DNA from: Basidioascus undulatus
Taxonomy: Eukaryota
Direction of reading: 5' to 3'
DNA: 37,133 nt
Assembly (NCBI GenBank): GCA_000826855.1
Contig: JTLS01000053.1
Coordinates: 1 to 37,133 of the forward strand
Shown: piece after piece, positions 13,130 to 24,549 of the stretch
How the letters are laid out: each line of letters begins with the position of its first letter
Numbering within the stretch: the first letter of the stretch is position 1
The notes under the pieces: generated by a model
Database searches by the model: none
What the model was told of the DNA's origin: nothing
The model's input: the letters and a program-made list of their open reading frames with translations, nothing else
Program-made: the position numbers and the translations under genes

Positions 13130-13570
13130 AGCTCGTCTTCGTCTTCCTGTCCTCTTCCTCTCTTGTCTCATTCATCTTATCTTCACTCCACTCCTTCTCC
13201 CTTCTTTAGTCGCAACGTGAGTTCTTGTTCCAGTCGTAAGCGGTGCCTTATAACGGCAGAGGGAAGGGGAGTGATTGGTGCGGCGCGAGCGATGATGACC
13301 AACGAATATTCACACTGTCCGAACAATCCCAAAATTATGGGGACAAACATTCAATCAAACTACAACGGTATCTGAGCTCAAATCTCTAGAGGAGGTTTCT
13401 AATGGGGTTCCACAATGAAGCGCTGAGCACGGTGACGATGAGTTGCTGACATGTCCTGCCCTCTGTCGCTTCAGTAATTCCGCCATTCGTCCGTCCTTCG
13501 AAGTGTATTTGCCCGGAGCTCATCGAGCATTTGGTTTCGTACGTTTGGGTCGTATTAATTTTTGTTTGAA
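13130..13570 (+). ncRNA. Putative spliced non-coding snoRNA host transcript (ends approximate)
   Basis: Pyrimidine-rich first exon without ATG, donor GTGAGT at 13217, branch GCTGAC 13445-13450, acceptor TTCAG at 13474. The intron encloses the snoRNA and the next exon starts with TAA. Confidence 0.6.
13287..13379 (+). ncRNA. snR79: Box C/D snoRNA, snR79-like (guide for the 18S site equivalent to yeast Cm1007)
   Basis: Terminal stem GAGC/GCTC, box C ATGATGA 13292-13298, D' CCGA 13319-13322, C'-like ATGGGGA 13337-13343, box D CTGA 13372-13375. Guide ACTACAACGGTAT (13359-13371) is complementary to 18S AUACCGUUGUAGU, and the D+5 rule selects the second C. Confidence 0.9.
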
Positions 13571-14001
13571 GTTACGTTCGGTCTGCTTCTCCGTTTGCTG
13601 CCCCCAAACCGTCCACGTCTGAGCGGGGTCATGCTGAGCGCACCGAAATCGGGAAAGGTACTGGTGATGCTCCTCGCTCAATGCGCTTTGCCCTGCTGGA
13701 TTGGGTGATTGGGTGGTCTGGGAAAGTACATCAGGGAACGAGAGTGGACGCTGCGCTTAGTGATATACCGTACAATGGGGTCTGCTGCCGTCAATTGCCA
13801 TATCCTTGTGGGGGCAAGGGCATCTGGAGGGCCTGCTGGAAGTTTGAGGGTTAGACGGCAATGGCAAATTCATACGTAGACGTCTTGATATGAATTGAAG
13901 GCTTCGGAAACGGCGCCGGCTGCTTGTAAGACACCGTAGGTAGCATGCGTAGATTCGGAGAGAAAAAGAGCCGGGATGTTGCCTGTCAGGCGAGCAAAAT
14001 A

Positions 14002-14080
14002 TGACAAGAGTGGGATTCGAACCCACGAACCGAAGACTAGCACCTGAAGCTAGCGGATTTGACCACTTTCCTATCTTGCC
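14002..14080 (-). tRNA. tRNA-Leu(CAG), intronless, atypical D-stem and short variable arm
   Basis: GGCAAGA-TA-GGAAAGTGGTCAAATCC-G-CTAGC-TTCAGGT-GCTAG-TCTTCGGTTC-GTGGG-TTCGAAT-CCCAC-TCTTGTC-A. All four stems pair, B-box is perfect, discriminator is A, followed by TATTTT. Confidence 0.88.
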
Positions 14081-14409
14081 TCTGGAGCGTTAAAATGATT
14101 AAAATTATCTGTAAACCAGTCTGGGATACTAGGCAGTTCCCTCAAACGTTTAGAGAAACAAGCCGGACGTCTTAAAATCTCCTAGACACTCACAACGGAC
14201 ACAGTGTAGGGCTTAAATCCTTCTGTCTCTCTTCGATCAAAGAGCACTCGGGCCACCGTTGTCCTGCGTCAAAGGCACACCGACACAGCCTGCAGCAGGG
14301 CATTTGCTTTCAGACCAAACATACTTCAGGAACGTAAACTTCATTGATTGCAAGGCACAGAACTAAGCCTTGATACACGTTACGAATGCAGATCTCCGCC
14401 CCCCGACTC

Positions 14410-15720
14410 TGTTCTAAGCTTCTGAAGGCATCGCGAAACGTCCTCTTAGGACGTCGCCGGCAGTATTCGACTCTTTATCGGAAGCACTGTAAACCCTTCG
14501 TCTGGGAATTGCACTTGGGGGCATTCTTAGGGGGGTACAGCCAATTGAATCCTTCTTGATCATGTTCGCGCAGCGTCGAGAGTGTACTGTTGTTGTATCC
14601 TTGAAACAAGCATCGGCGTCTTCGTCCCTGATGTATCTTTCGTCACATGGCATGATAACTCAGACAAAGTCGTCCAATAAAGCAGCGTGAACAATGCTCT
14701 TCAGTCAAAATCAATACAACAGCGGCACTCTGCGAACCAGCACTAGCAAGCCAAACCCCCTTCCCAGCCAACCTGCTATCAAGAAATAAAGGTGAGTTAG
14801 CTGGTAAATTGGGAGAGTAGGGGATGAAATCAATTCATCTAATGGATCATGCGCACCTCCCGTTGCTGTCCCGGCGGAGTGTGGGCCGTTCGGGCCGCAT
14901 GTTCTGCGCCGTGTCTGCTGCAGCTGCTTGACCTCCTCCCGAAGCTTTTTCTCCTCACCCTTGGCCCTCTCCTTGCCCCCTCCCTGGCGCTACTGCCGCC
15001 CCCATGGCGCGCATAGCGTCCTTGACGTCCTTGCCCGTGATGCCGTGCTTGTCTCAGAGCTTGCGGAAAGCTTGGGAGCGAACCCAGCCTCAAGCAGCGT
15101 CTCAGCGACTTTGCGGGCCCGAGTCTGGGTCTGGGAGGAGCTCTGGACGGGCGCGGATACTGGCGCGACGGTGGTGGGGGTGGACGTGGACGCTGGTTTC
15201 GTCGTGGGGGCGGTGCGACGCTTCGCGGTCTGGCGGGTAGTAGGGGTGCGAGGCATAGTGGATGTCGTCGTGGCGAACCTTGGTCTGAGTAGAGGAAGGA
15301 TGGGGTTCAACGGCGATGGTCGAGAGAGAGTGAAGAATGGGCTGGCGAGCCAAGTGCTTGCGGTCAGGATTTGGCGGACGCGGCTCACGGGAACACGGCG
15401 ACTTGTGCGGAAATTATGCAGCCGATGCGGAAGGAAGTATTGGGTTCCAAAGCATCTTGAGAGTTTTTGTCTCGACGCACATCTGTACACTCCAGCGCTA
15501 TCATGTCGCCCACTCTATGTCAATTAATGGAAAAGAGGCGCAGGCTAGCAAAGGGAAAAGATGAATCAAATTCATGTGCCCCACCTGTTTTTACCTAGAA
15601 CAGGGTCTCCTGATAACGCTTTGGGGGGTATGGAGCAGGAGGTGGTCGTCATGGGGACTTACCGTGCTTGCGGATGACGCTGAATTTCGTGACAGGCTGC
15701 GTGGACTGCGAAGAAAATCA
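14410..15720 (-). pseudogene. Frameshifted relic of an unknown intron-containing gene
   Basis: Intron GTAAGT...CTAG at about 15662-15595. Protein-like pieces ETLLEAGFAPKLS / DKHGITGKDVKDAMRAMG / KERAKGEEKKLREEVKQLQQ cannot be read through without frame changes. Confidence 0.45.
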
Positions 15721-16825
15721 TCAACAGGTGGATAAGGATACTAAAAAAGGAAAACTGAGATAAAGCGTCCATTGAAACTTCTCAATCACGGCAAGACCTC
15801 GACTCGAAGGCTGTTACCCTCGTCAAACAACGTGCTGGCGTGAAATCGTGCTCAGTGTTGTATGGCCAATCTGTTCTGCACCGTATGGATCTATTGCAAA
15901 TAGAAGCAGTCAATGATCACCGTTCCGCCGCAATCAAACTTGATTTTCACCTGTCCACCGACCAATGAGCGCATGTCGAACTTCTGCCAGTGCGCTGGGT
16001 CTCGCCCCATCTCATGACAAAAACCATGTAGAGTCCTATGTGATTATCGTCACCGAGGTTTCCACCGTGGCGTAAGACCCCAGACATAGATGGAGGTTCG
16101 TGGGTGTACACAATGTGTATCACAGCTTGCGCTGCTTGAACTCAGGCCTTTAACGCTTCTCTTTCCCCGCATGTGGCGGACCCTTGCGGTCTCCCACATT
16201 TTTCATCTTATTTTTCAAAAAAAAAAGTAGAACGGTCCTATCTTTTAGCGGCCGCGCCCCAAATGCCACGAAAGGACATCTTGCCGTGAGCAAGGCGCAG
16301 ACCTACCTGGGTCGTCATTAACAACGCCCGGGTGGACCTTCAATTCCCTCTGTACGTCTCAAGTTGGGCATGACTTCTTGGATTAAAAATCAATAATTCA
16401 ATGAAAGCCCCGATTTGAGAAGACAGAAAGCGGGCATGGTTCCCTGCCTGCGGGTCGTCGTGGGTCACCGCCTGCTCTAGGGCCTGCGTCCCCATGTCGA
16501 AGCCGGCCCTTCTCCGATGTCCAGTTGTCTTAGCTCTGGTTTGGGCGTTCTCGGCAGTGACGCAAATCTTGCGACGAAATGGAACAGAAGGGCAATGGAC
16601 CCTGGCTGACCGCGCGACGGACGGCAACTCTACTCACATGCACAGAGATGATTTGGGAGCAAGTATCGGGTCGTGCATCGAAGTTCGTGTCTAGTCGTTC
16701 AAGGAACCGAAATGAAACAAGCAAGTACACTGCCTCTTAAAAAGGAAGAAAACAAGGATGCTTTTCATCTCATCGTCGTCAAGATCATCATCAACCCAAG
16801 TGTACCCTCCTCTCCCCGCTCACGC

Positions 16826-19800
16826 TCAATCGTCCTTCTTCTTCTCACCCAGCCCCTCCAGCCCCAACGCCCCCGCCAGCTCGACTTCCTGGCGCAGCTC
16901 CCGCCCGTTCGACGCCGCCTCAGCATTCAACTCCGCCGTCGCCTCCTGGAACGTCTCCCCCTCGACGCCCGTGACCGCCGCGATGCGTTCCAAGGGGATC
17001 GTGCCCGTCAGGGACGTCTTGCGCGGGCGGTGGTGCACCTCCCCGCCGTTCGCGTCCAGCAGAGCAGACGTTGTCGCGGCGGGGGACGTCTCTTTCTTCG
17101 CTTCAGGCGCGAGGGGCTTCGACGTCGACGCCGGCGACAGCGGCGAAGTAGGGACGTAGAGCGCACCGCCATTCCCGCCGCGCGGGCTCGCCGTGCCGGA
17201 CGTCGATCCAGACTTGGACCCCGAGCGCGGTCGCCCGCCCCCGGCGAGACTGGTGAGGCTCAGATCCGAGCGGCTGCGGAGGCGCGACGAAGGCGAGTTA
17301 GGCGAGTTGGGGAGGACGGGCGACGTCGGCAGCCCAGCTTCCGCCCGCAGACGCGTCAGGTCCGCGTACGATCGCCGGTTCGGGTTCGCATTCGCCGCAG
17401 CGCTCCCGCTCCGCGAGCGGCTGCGAGGGCGGCCGTCGGCGCTGGCTGCGTCGAGCTGATATTTCCAGGGATGACCGCCCCGTCAGCACAACATGTAGAG
17501 CCACAGTGCCAGAGGAAAGCGCAACGCACGTATCCAACGACCTCGTCAAAGTCGCCCGGGTCCGACTCGTCTTCCTCCGAGTCGGACATGATCGGGCTCG
17601 CACCCGTCTCGGATGTGGTCTCGCTCTTGAGGCCCACGTAGCGTGCGGTGCGGGCGGAGCGCGACCAGCCGAAGAGGCGCTCGTCGAGCCATTGAAGCGG
17701 GTGGCTGAGAAGCTGTCCTTGGGCGTCGACTGTCGGGGGACGACGAAAATGAGTGCGTGGTGGAACAGGAGTAAACAGGGGGAAGTATGCACCTGCGCCG
17801 ACGCCGCTCTTCCTCCGCCAGAGGCCCGGACGCCCAGTCGACGGCGGAGGAACCGTGGCAGGCAAGACGCGGTGCTGAACAACGCTTCCAGTCAGTCTCG
17901 AGCGCGAGCGGGGCATCCATATAACAACGCGACAAGCTTACCTTGTCAAAGTCCTCGTACTGGACGCGTCGAACATCACATCCCCATCCCAGCGTCAGTC
18001 TCCCAGCCTTCGCGCTGACGCATACATCCAGGAATTCTTAACGACTCACCAGCTGCGGCCCGAACTCGTTGACTGTGCGCACCCATACTCCGTCGTGAGT
18101 CCCGGGAGTCAAGTGCGGTGCAAAAGAAACCCGCACTCGTCTCCGACAGCTCATTCGACAGGTCCTGGCGCATCTGCTTGAGCTTCGCGAGCACGCGCTC
18201 GTTGCCGGGCAAGAGCGAGACAAACAGCGGCGGGAGGGACCTGGCGCCCCATCATCAGTACCCCTCACCCGGCTGTCAAAAATGCAATGCAGAAGGCTTG
18301 CTCAACACGCACTTGTAAACGTCCATGCCCACCTCCCCAAACTTGAGTGCGCTAACGCCCAAGAACGGCAGGGCAGCAGCGACCCAAAACGGCGCCCAGA
18401 ACTTGACGTGGGGTGGGAGGGCGTCGGCGAAAGTGCGGCGGACGAGGTAGGTCGCGAGGAGGACGTAGAAGACGTAGAGGAGCGGCGTGAGCGCGAGCGA
18501 GACGAGCACCTTCCAAGTTGCCAGCACGTCCCTCGCTTTCACTTTGACGGTCGAGGCGGCGAGGGCCTCTGTTGCGAGAGGGGGGGAGTGGTGAAGGGTC
18601 AGTGAGAGGGGAGGAGGGTGAGAGGAGGGGGAAGCGGAAGCGGAACGCACCTTTGGCTTTCTTGTGCGAGATGATCTTCGCCGTGATGAAGATGGGAGCG
18701 TGGGTGATCGTGCCCGGGAGCGCGAGGAGCGACCAAGCGGCGAGGAGGCCGACGCGGTAGAAAAGGAGTCCCAAGCCCTTCCATCCCTTCGTCGTACTCG
18801 CGCGCTCGACCTATCAACCACCCCGGAATCACATTAGCCGCTTCTCTTCCTCATCGATGTGAGAGGGGCGGCGCACCTGGTGGTCCTTCAGCCCCAGATC
18901 CTGCAGCAGCCGGTTGTAGTTGTGAATGCGCGCGCGGAGCTGCTTCACCTTCGGCTCATCCTGGTACTTGAGGTAACCCGCGATGAGCCGCTTGTTGAGC
19001 TCGACGACTTGGCCGAGCGTGAGGTGCTGCCCGGGCGTTTGGTACAGGCGGCGGCCGGCTTGGACGACCTGCGCAGGAGAGAAAAGCGGAGGGTGAGCAG
19101 GAAGAACGAGATACCGGAGGAATGGAGAAAAGGGGAGGAGAGGAGGGACGAACCATGAGCGTCTCGTAATCCGGGCTGCGCACAGTGACGCTCTTGAGGC
19201 CATCATAGATCTGCTCGAGGAGCTTGCCGCACGCCTCGCGCTTGTGCGCGCCGCCCTGCTCAAACATCTTGACGAGCTCGAGGGGCACGTCGCGCGGGGA
19301 GCCAAACTCGACGACGGCGCGCGAGCGGAACTTGTGCGCGTGGAAGTACGATAGGCCGACGGGGACGATCTGCACGCGCAGGGACGGGTCCGCCGACATC
19401 GCCCCGAGCGCCATGATCGTCACGCCCGCTTTGAGGGGCAGGAGGTCGGTGCGGTCGTGCGAGCCGCCTTTTGTGTAGGGAAAACAGGATGTGTAGGGGA
19501 AGACAGGATGCGCGATTGAGTGAGCGAGGATGGAGAGGCAGAGGGGTCAGGGGAAAAAGGAGACCGCGCACCCTCAGGGAAGATCCCGATGCACCCGCCC
19601 TCCTTGAGCTTGCGGTACACGCTGCGGTACATGCGCTCCTGATCCACATGGGGGAGGACCTTGAACTTAACTCCCGTAGCGCCCTCGACTTTCTCCTCCC
19701 CGTCCGCGCCCTCGATCGCGCGCCCCGCAGCCTCGAGCGCCCCGCGCGCGGCCTCCTTGCCGAACTCCTTGCGCACGCGCACCTCCGTGTCGCTCACGAC

Positions 19801-20429
19801 CTCGACGACCTCGACGGTCGCCCCGCCCAGGGCGGACGGGAGCGCGATCAACTTTTTCGGCTCGAGCTCGGAGAGGAAGCGCGTATTGTGCCCGTGGATC
19901 GTTGTGGGGGAGGAGGAGGGGGAGGGGGAGAGGTAGAGCGTGCCCGTGCCGGCGACGGCGGAGTCGGCGGCGCGGACAACGGGGACTGGGAGGGGGAGGA
20001 GTGGGTGAGAGGGTAGGGATGGGAGGAGGGAGAGAGGAAGAAGACGGACTGGAGTGCATGGAGCGCGCGGCGAGCCCGATGAACTTTCTGCGCATGCTCT
20101 TCTCCGCAATGAGGAATGACAGCGGTCTCCCCGTTTCGCGAAGGACTTCGCTAGCCAAGAGCAATGGATCGAGAAACTGCATCAACAACCACCACAGTCA
20201 GCATCAGCCATCTCCAGCTCGATTTCCCAGCTCGATTTCCCAGCGAGAGAGGATCTGGGAGAAGGCCAGTACGCACCTGGTTGTGGTGCGGCCCAGCGAC
20301 GAAGATGACGGGCCCCTTGCGCGGGACCTTATGCGCCCCACGCGGGCGCACCTCGCGGAAGAAGATGGATATGACCGCGCGCCAGAAGAGGAGTACGAGA
20401 TCGTATGCGAGGTCGTAGGACGCTGGCAT
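16826..20429 (-). CDS. Glycerol-3-phosphate/DHAP O-acyltransferase (Gpt2/Sct1 family), about a dozen introns
   Basis: MPASYDLAYDLVLLFWRAVISIFFREVRPRGAHKVP..GPVIFVAGPHHNQ|FLDP (HxxxxD); GCIGIFPEG|GSHDRTDLLPLKAGV; IVPVGLSYFHAHKFRSRAVVEFG; ALAASTVKVKARDVLATWKVL; ALKFGEVGMDVYK; HPLQWLDERLFGWSRSA; Ser/Pro-rich tail ending EKKKDD-TGA at 16826. Confidence 0.95.
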
Positions 20430-21029
20430 TGTGGCTAACTGGAGAGGGTCGTGTGCGGGGCGGGGATGAGAGAAGACCGGGCGCTATTGGGGCTGGGCGC
20501 GGGCGGACTGCTGCTTGGGCCGGTGGTGGTGTGTATTGTGAGCTGTCGGAATGTAAGCTCGGCTCTATGGAAGATGGTCGTTGGCGTTATTGGCGATGGG
20601 CAGCTCGACGAGCTCGACGGCGAGGTCGAAGTAGCAGGCACCGCAGGCAAGTCGATGTCGTTGTTTCCCCACGCTTTCGAGACAAGGATGCAATTTCGAA
20701 ATGCGTCAGCCTCTCTCACGCAGGGTTCTCCCCACTGCCCAGCATCGGCAAACTTCTCGGAGTTTTCCGGTCAGCGGAGCACCGATGAAATGGACGAGCA
20801 GGTTCTTGGAGGTTCTGGTGCTGTGTTTGGGCATGCTGGATTAAGGCCGCATACTGACCATGAGGAGTAGTCTATGGTACCACTCGAGAGAGAGAGTTGT
20901 GAAGTACGCTTTGGAGTCCCGGGAGAGCGAAGTCCTGAACCGCTCGGCTTGCGAGTACATGTTGTCAGAAACTGACGGTCGACAAGCAATCACTTACGGC
21001 GAGATATTCACACCTCCACAATACGCACG

Positions 21030-21907
21030 CTGGATTATGGGCTGAAAGTCGCGACGGTGAGGCTCGCTTGATTGCCTGGTGCCCGGTGAGCCGTTGCTTA
21101 AGCCAACGGCCAGTCGATCGTTGGGACGAACCAATATTTCGCCACGTTTAGATCTCCTTGGTGCCACAAGTCTTCCTGATGGCTGGGCTCATAGCTTATG
21201 CACCTCGCTGGGTTTCGGCGATGTACACTATATTCAGCCAGCCAGGGTGCTGCAGCCACGAGAACGACATCGAGACTCGTTTCACACCCACCCACAACTT
21301 CGAGCCGAGAGGAACTCAGGTTTCCGAGCTTAATGGTCTGCAGCGAACTATCCTCCTTCTTTCATTCACGGCGTGCTCACAACTCCCTTCTCAACAGGCA
21401 TCAACTACTATTCGTCCCACATCTTCCGCTCCCTTGGACTTCGCGGCACGTCGGCCGGCCTCTTCGCCACTGGGTGCGTAAATTATCTTTTAGTCAATTT
21501 AAGAAACTGTGGTCCAAAGCACTGAGCCTGACCTCAACCGAATCGCCAGCATCTACGGCGTCGTCAAGACCGTTACCGCTCTCGTCACCTACTTCTACCT
21601 ACGCCGTCTGCTCCTCCTGAGCGGCTGCATAATTATGACGATCGGTCTCTTTTTTCTTGGCGGCTACATCAAGGTGCGACGAGCTCACCCTCCTCGCTCT
21701 CTCTCGTCGGTTCGAGGCACTAACCATCTTGTTGCGTACTCGGGACAGGTTGCTGCTCCGGATCCGACTGGCCAAGCTGCCATCACCAGAGGTGGTATTG
21801 CCACCTGCGCGTTTATCTACATCTACGTGATCGGGTTTGTGTCCTCCGGCGTGCTTCATCCTCTCCAGCGAGAAGTGAGTTGCGTGTGAAGCGTAGCGGG
21901 GACCGGC
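21030..21907 (+). pseudogene. Inverted middle/C-terminal part of an MFS sugar porter (quinate permease-like)
   Basis: LVPQVFLMAGLIAYAPRWV (decayed PESPRW region), GINYYSSHIFRSLGLRGTSAGLFATG|IYGVVKTV, RRLLLLSG..FFLGGYIK|VA..GGIATCAFIYIYVIGF, then FILSSE in a shifted frame. Deletions and frameshifts present. Confidence 0.85.
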
Positions 21908-22626
21908 AAGCCGAGGACCCACCCAAATTGGTACATGGTTTCGAAAGTACCAATGCAGGTGCCTCGGATGGCAGCAGGAGCAATTTCAGACAAGTCTGTG
22001 GGGGAACGAGTCAGCTAGGCTCAGGAACAACACTGAAAAGAAGTACCCACAGAGAGGGCCTACGACGGTGAGGGGACCAACGCCAAAGCCGGTCAAGCAG
22101 CGGCCGATGTAGAATCCAATGATGTTGCCGGGAAGTTGTATCGCAGCGCCGATCAGAAAAATGACGCTCGCGAGTTGAATCTTGGCCCGACGACCGGACT
22201 CCACACTCTCAGATCTTGCCCTCCCTATGATCAAAGTAACTTTACGACCGACTCACTGAACTTCTCAGCCATGGGAAGCGCCAAGAAACACGCAACCAGG
22301 CATCCCGCCTGAAAAGTAGAGACTGTGGATGGTATCAGTTAGGAATATCCGCTGGAGCTTCTTGATCCTACAGAGGTGTTTCACTTACCGATGTTGCTGG
22401 AGAGGTCGTTGGTCCTCTGCGTTGAACCACCGACAAGGCAGGATTGCTCTTTGAAGGAAGCAAGCGCGAGGGTGCCACCGAGGAACGCGTTGTCATATCT
22501 GAAGCTTTTCATCAGCAGGTTCCCAATTATGACAGGTTTAGAGTGAGCGTACCCGAAAAGAGCTCCACAAAAGCCCACAACCATGGTCGACAAGTACATC
22601 TTCCAGTCGTATACGGCCTTAGGCAT
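21908..22626 (-). pseudogene. N-terminal part of the same MFS sugar porter
   Basis: MPKAVYDWKMYL..FCGALFG|YDNAFLGGTLALASFK..SSNI|VSTFQAGC..MAEKF|GRRAK..FLIGAAIQ..YIGRCLTGFGVG..GPL|YLSEIAPAAIRG..YQFGWVLG, then similarity stops. Confidence 0.88.
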
Positions 22627-23499
22627 GTTGCCGCTGTGCGAGGGAACCGGTCAGCCAACTGACAAGGTTGAGCAAGTCTGGTGAAGAACACGGACTCGTA
22701 TTTTATCCCCAAACCATTCACGAGGGAATGTGTATGGGAATGTTGCTGTGATTTTTAGAGTGTATGCCGTGAAGAGACAGACACAAACTTGACTGAAAAT
22801 GCGGGGAAGGACGACTGTGATGTGGTCTTTTAAGTGATCCTCAGGCCCAGCTACACGCTCGAAGGAAGGCAGAGGATATGTGTTCCGCCTTGGTGAGTGA
22901 AGACTCTTGGTCCAGAAAGCTGCCCAATTGAAAGATGTTGATGGTCACTCATTGCGTCGAAGCACATGATGAGGATGTGGTCAGGTGGGCGGCAGGCGGG
23001 CCGTCCCGACCATGGTACAAAGGTATAAAAATTTAATGTGTTATCAAAATCTCCGTGCATAAGCAACTGATGAGGCTGTCAGGGTGGGTGAGAGTCGACG
23101 AGGCTCCGGGCAGTGGGTACCCAGGCGGATCGCGTCCCGCCAGCCGCCGCTGGACCAGTTCTTGCCCTTTCTCACTTCTGTTGTGCCTGGAACGCGATAT
23201 CTTCTCCATGCGTTGGAGGCCGGGTACATAGGAATTTGTCTGCGAAACGTGTCTCCAAGGGCAATATAATCCTCGCGGGCTCCATCGAAAGTCTTCAGGT
23301 TCCTCCCGTTTCTGCATTATCAATCACTACTTTCCTTCAACACCAGGTCGGCAATAGCGTTCAATCAGCATGCCCACGGTATGAGGGGCTTCTCTCCATC
23401 TTCGTAGGACGGCCGGCTTATGAACCATTGACAGAACATTGTCACTTCTTCGAACGGGAACGGGGTGGACGACTCTCGCTCCTTGCAATCCCTCTTCGG

Positions 23500-24504
23500 G
23501 TGCCACGGGAAATCGTCACGGGCGCTAACGGTTGCATTGGCCTTGCTCTAGTCGACGCGCTCGCGGAGGCCGGGGCGGACATCATTGCGGTGCAGATCGA
23601 CGACGATGGTGCTGCGGTGGAGATGCCGGCGAGGCATGGGCGCAAGACAAGTCTGCGTTGTCTTTCCCTCCTTCGTCGTTGGCAACGGCTGACGCTTGAG
23701 CTGCATCTCTCGGAGACGGCTTGGAAGTATGTGGCGGACATGGGCGATCGGGAGGCGGTCGATCAACTACTGCCCCGGATCCTCGCCGACGGGCGCGATC
23801 CGACGATACTCATTTGTTACGCCGGTATCAACATCCGCGGCACCGTCCTCCCCTTCCAGCAAGAGTGGCTCGACAGCCTCTTCCAGTTCAACGTCCCGTC
23901 CCAGTACATCATTGCCCGCGATTTCGGCAGGCACTGTATCCAGCGCGCCAAGAAGGCTGGTCAGTGCCACTGCACGTCGTCGGGCCCATTCAGTCGGTCG
24001 AAGGGCAAGATCGTCTTCCTCGCGTCCAACGCATCTTTCACAGGCGGTATCAACATCAGCAGATAGTGAGTGCCCGTTCTTTGTTGTGGAGCTGAAGCAA
24101 CTTCCATTTTCTTTGGCTGATGTGCGAAACCACACCCTTACAGTGCGGCGTCCAAGAGCGCTATTCTCGGCATCATCCGAGCGATGTCCAACGAGCTCGC
24201 TGCGGAAGACATCCAGGTCAACGGCATCGCTCCCGGTTTCGTCGACACGACCTTTACACCCGCGATTTTGGCCAACGACGCTTTCAGCAGACGTTGACAC
24301 GAATCCCTGCAGGGCGCTGGGTAGTCCGGGACGATTATCGCGGCGCTGTCGCGTTCTTGTGCAGCGCGGCCAGCAACTACAGTGCTCCAGTCTTTCACAA
24401 TTTGGCTGAATACCGATGATTTACTTACGCGCTGTCCCCAAAAAACCCATCCTTGCAGCCACTGGACAAGCACTTGTCATCGACGGCGGGATGTTGGCAC
24501 GTGA
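23500..24504 (+). pseudogene. Short-chain dehydrogenase, KduD/2-deoxy-D-gluconate 3-dehydrogenase-like, frameshifted
   Basis: IVTGANGCIG..LAEAGADI; YAGINIR; GKIVFLAS..GGINISRY|AASKSAI (YxxxK); SNELAAEDIQVNGIAPGFVDT; stop or frameshift near 24295 before LTRIPAGRW; GAVAFLCSAASNY; TGQALVIDGGMLAR with the expected stop codon out of frame. Confidence 0.85.
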
Positions 24505-24549
24505 GGGGGGCCTGGTTTGCGTGCTGTCGGTGCGGTAGACACGAACACT

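Noticed and set aside
14002..14080. CUG codon reassignment (Ser or Ala) via the CAG tRNA
   Set aside because: A73, U33 and no G3:U70 pair; CTG encodes conserved Leu in FBP1 GKLRILYE.
15650..15665. GGTAAGTCCCC as RNase MRP conserved region I
   Set aside because: Better explained as a GTAAGT splice donor; no matching P4 partner found.
17356..17916. Separate gene downstream of the acyltransferase
   Set aside because: Splices in frame as the C-terminal exons of the acyltransferase.
21028..21870. Inverted 7-mer CGCTGGA/TCCAGCG as the inversion breakpoints
   Set aside because: Plus-strand coding similarity and a GTGAGT donor continue past 21870; the junction near 21907 fits better.
22966..23070. 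Box C/D-like pair upstream of the transporter
   Set aside because: No terminal stem and no recognisable rRNA complement.
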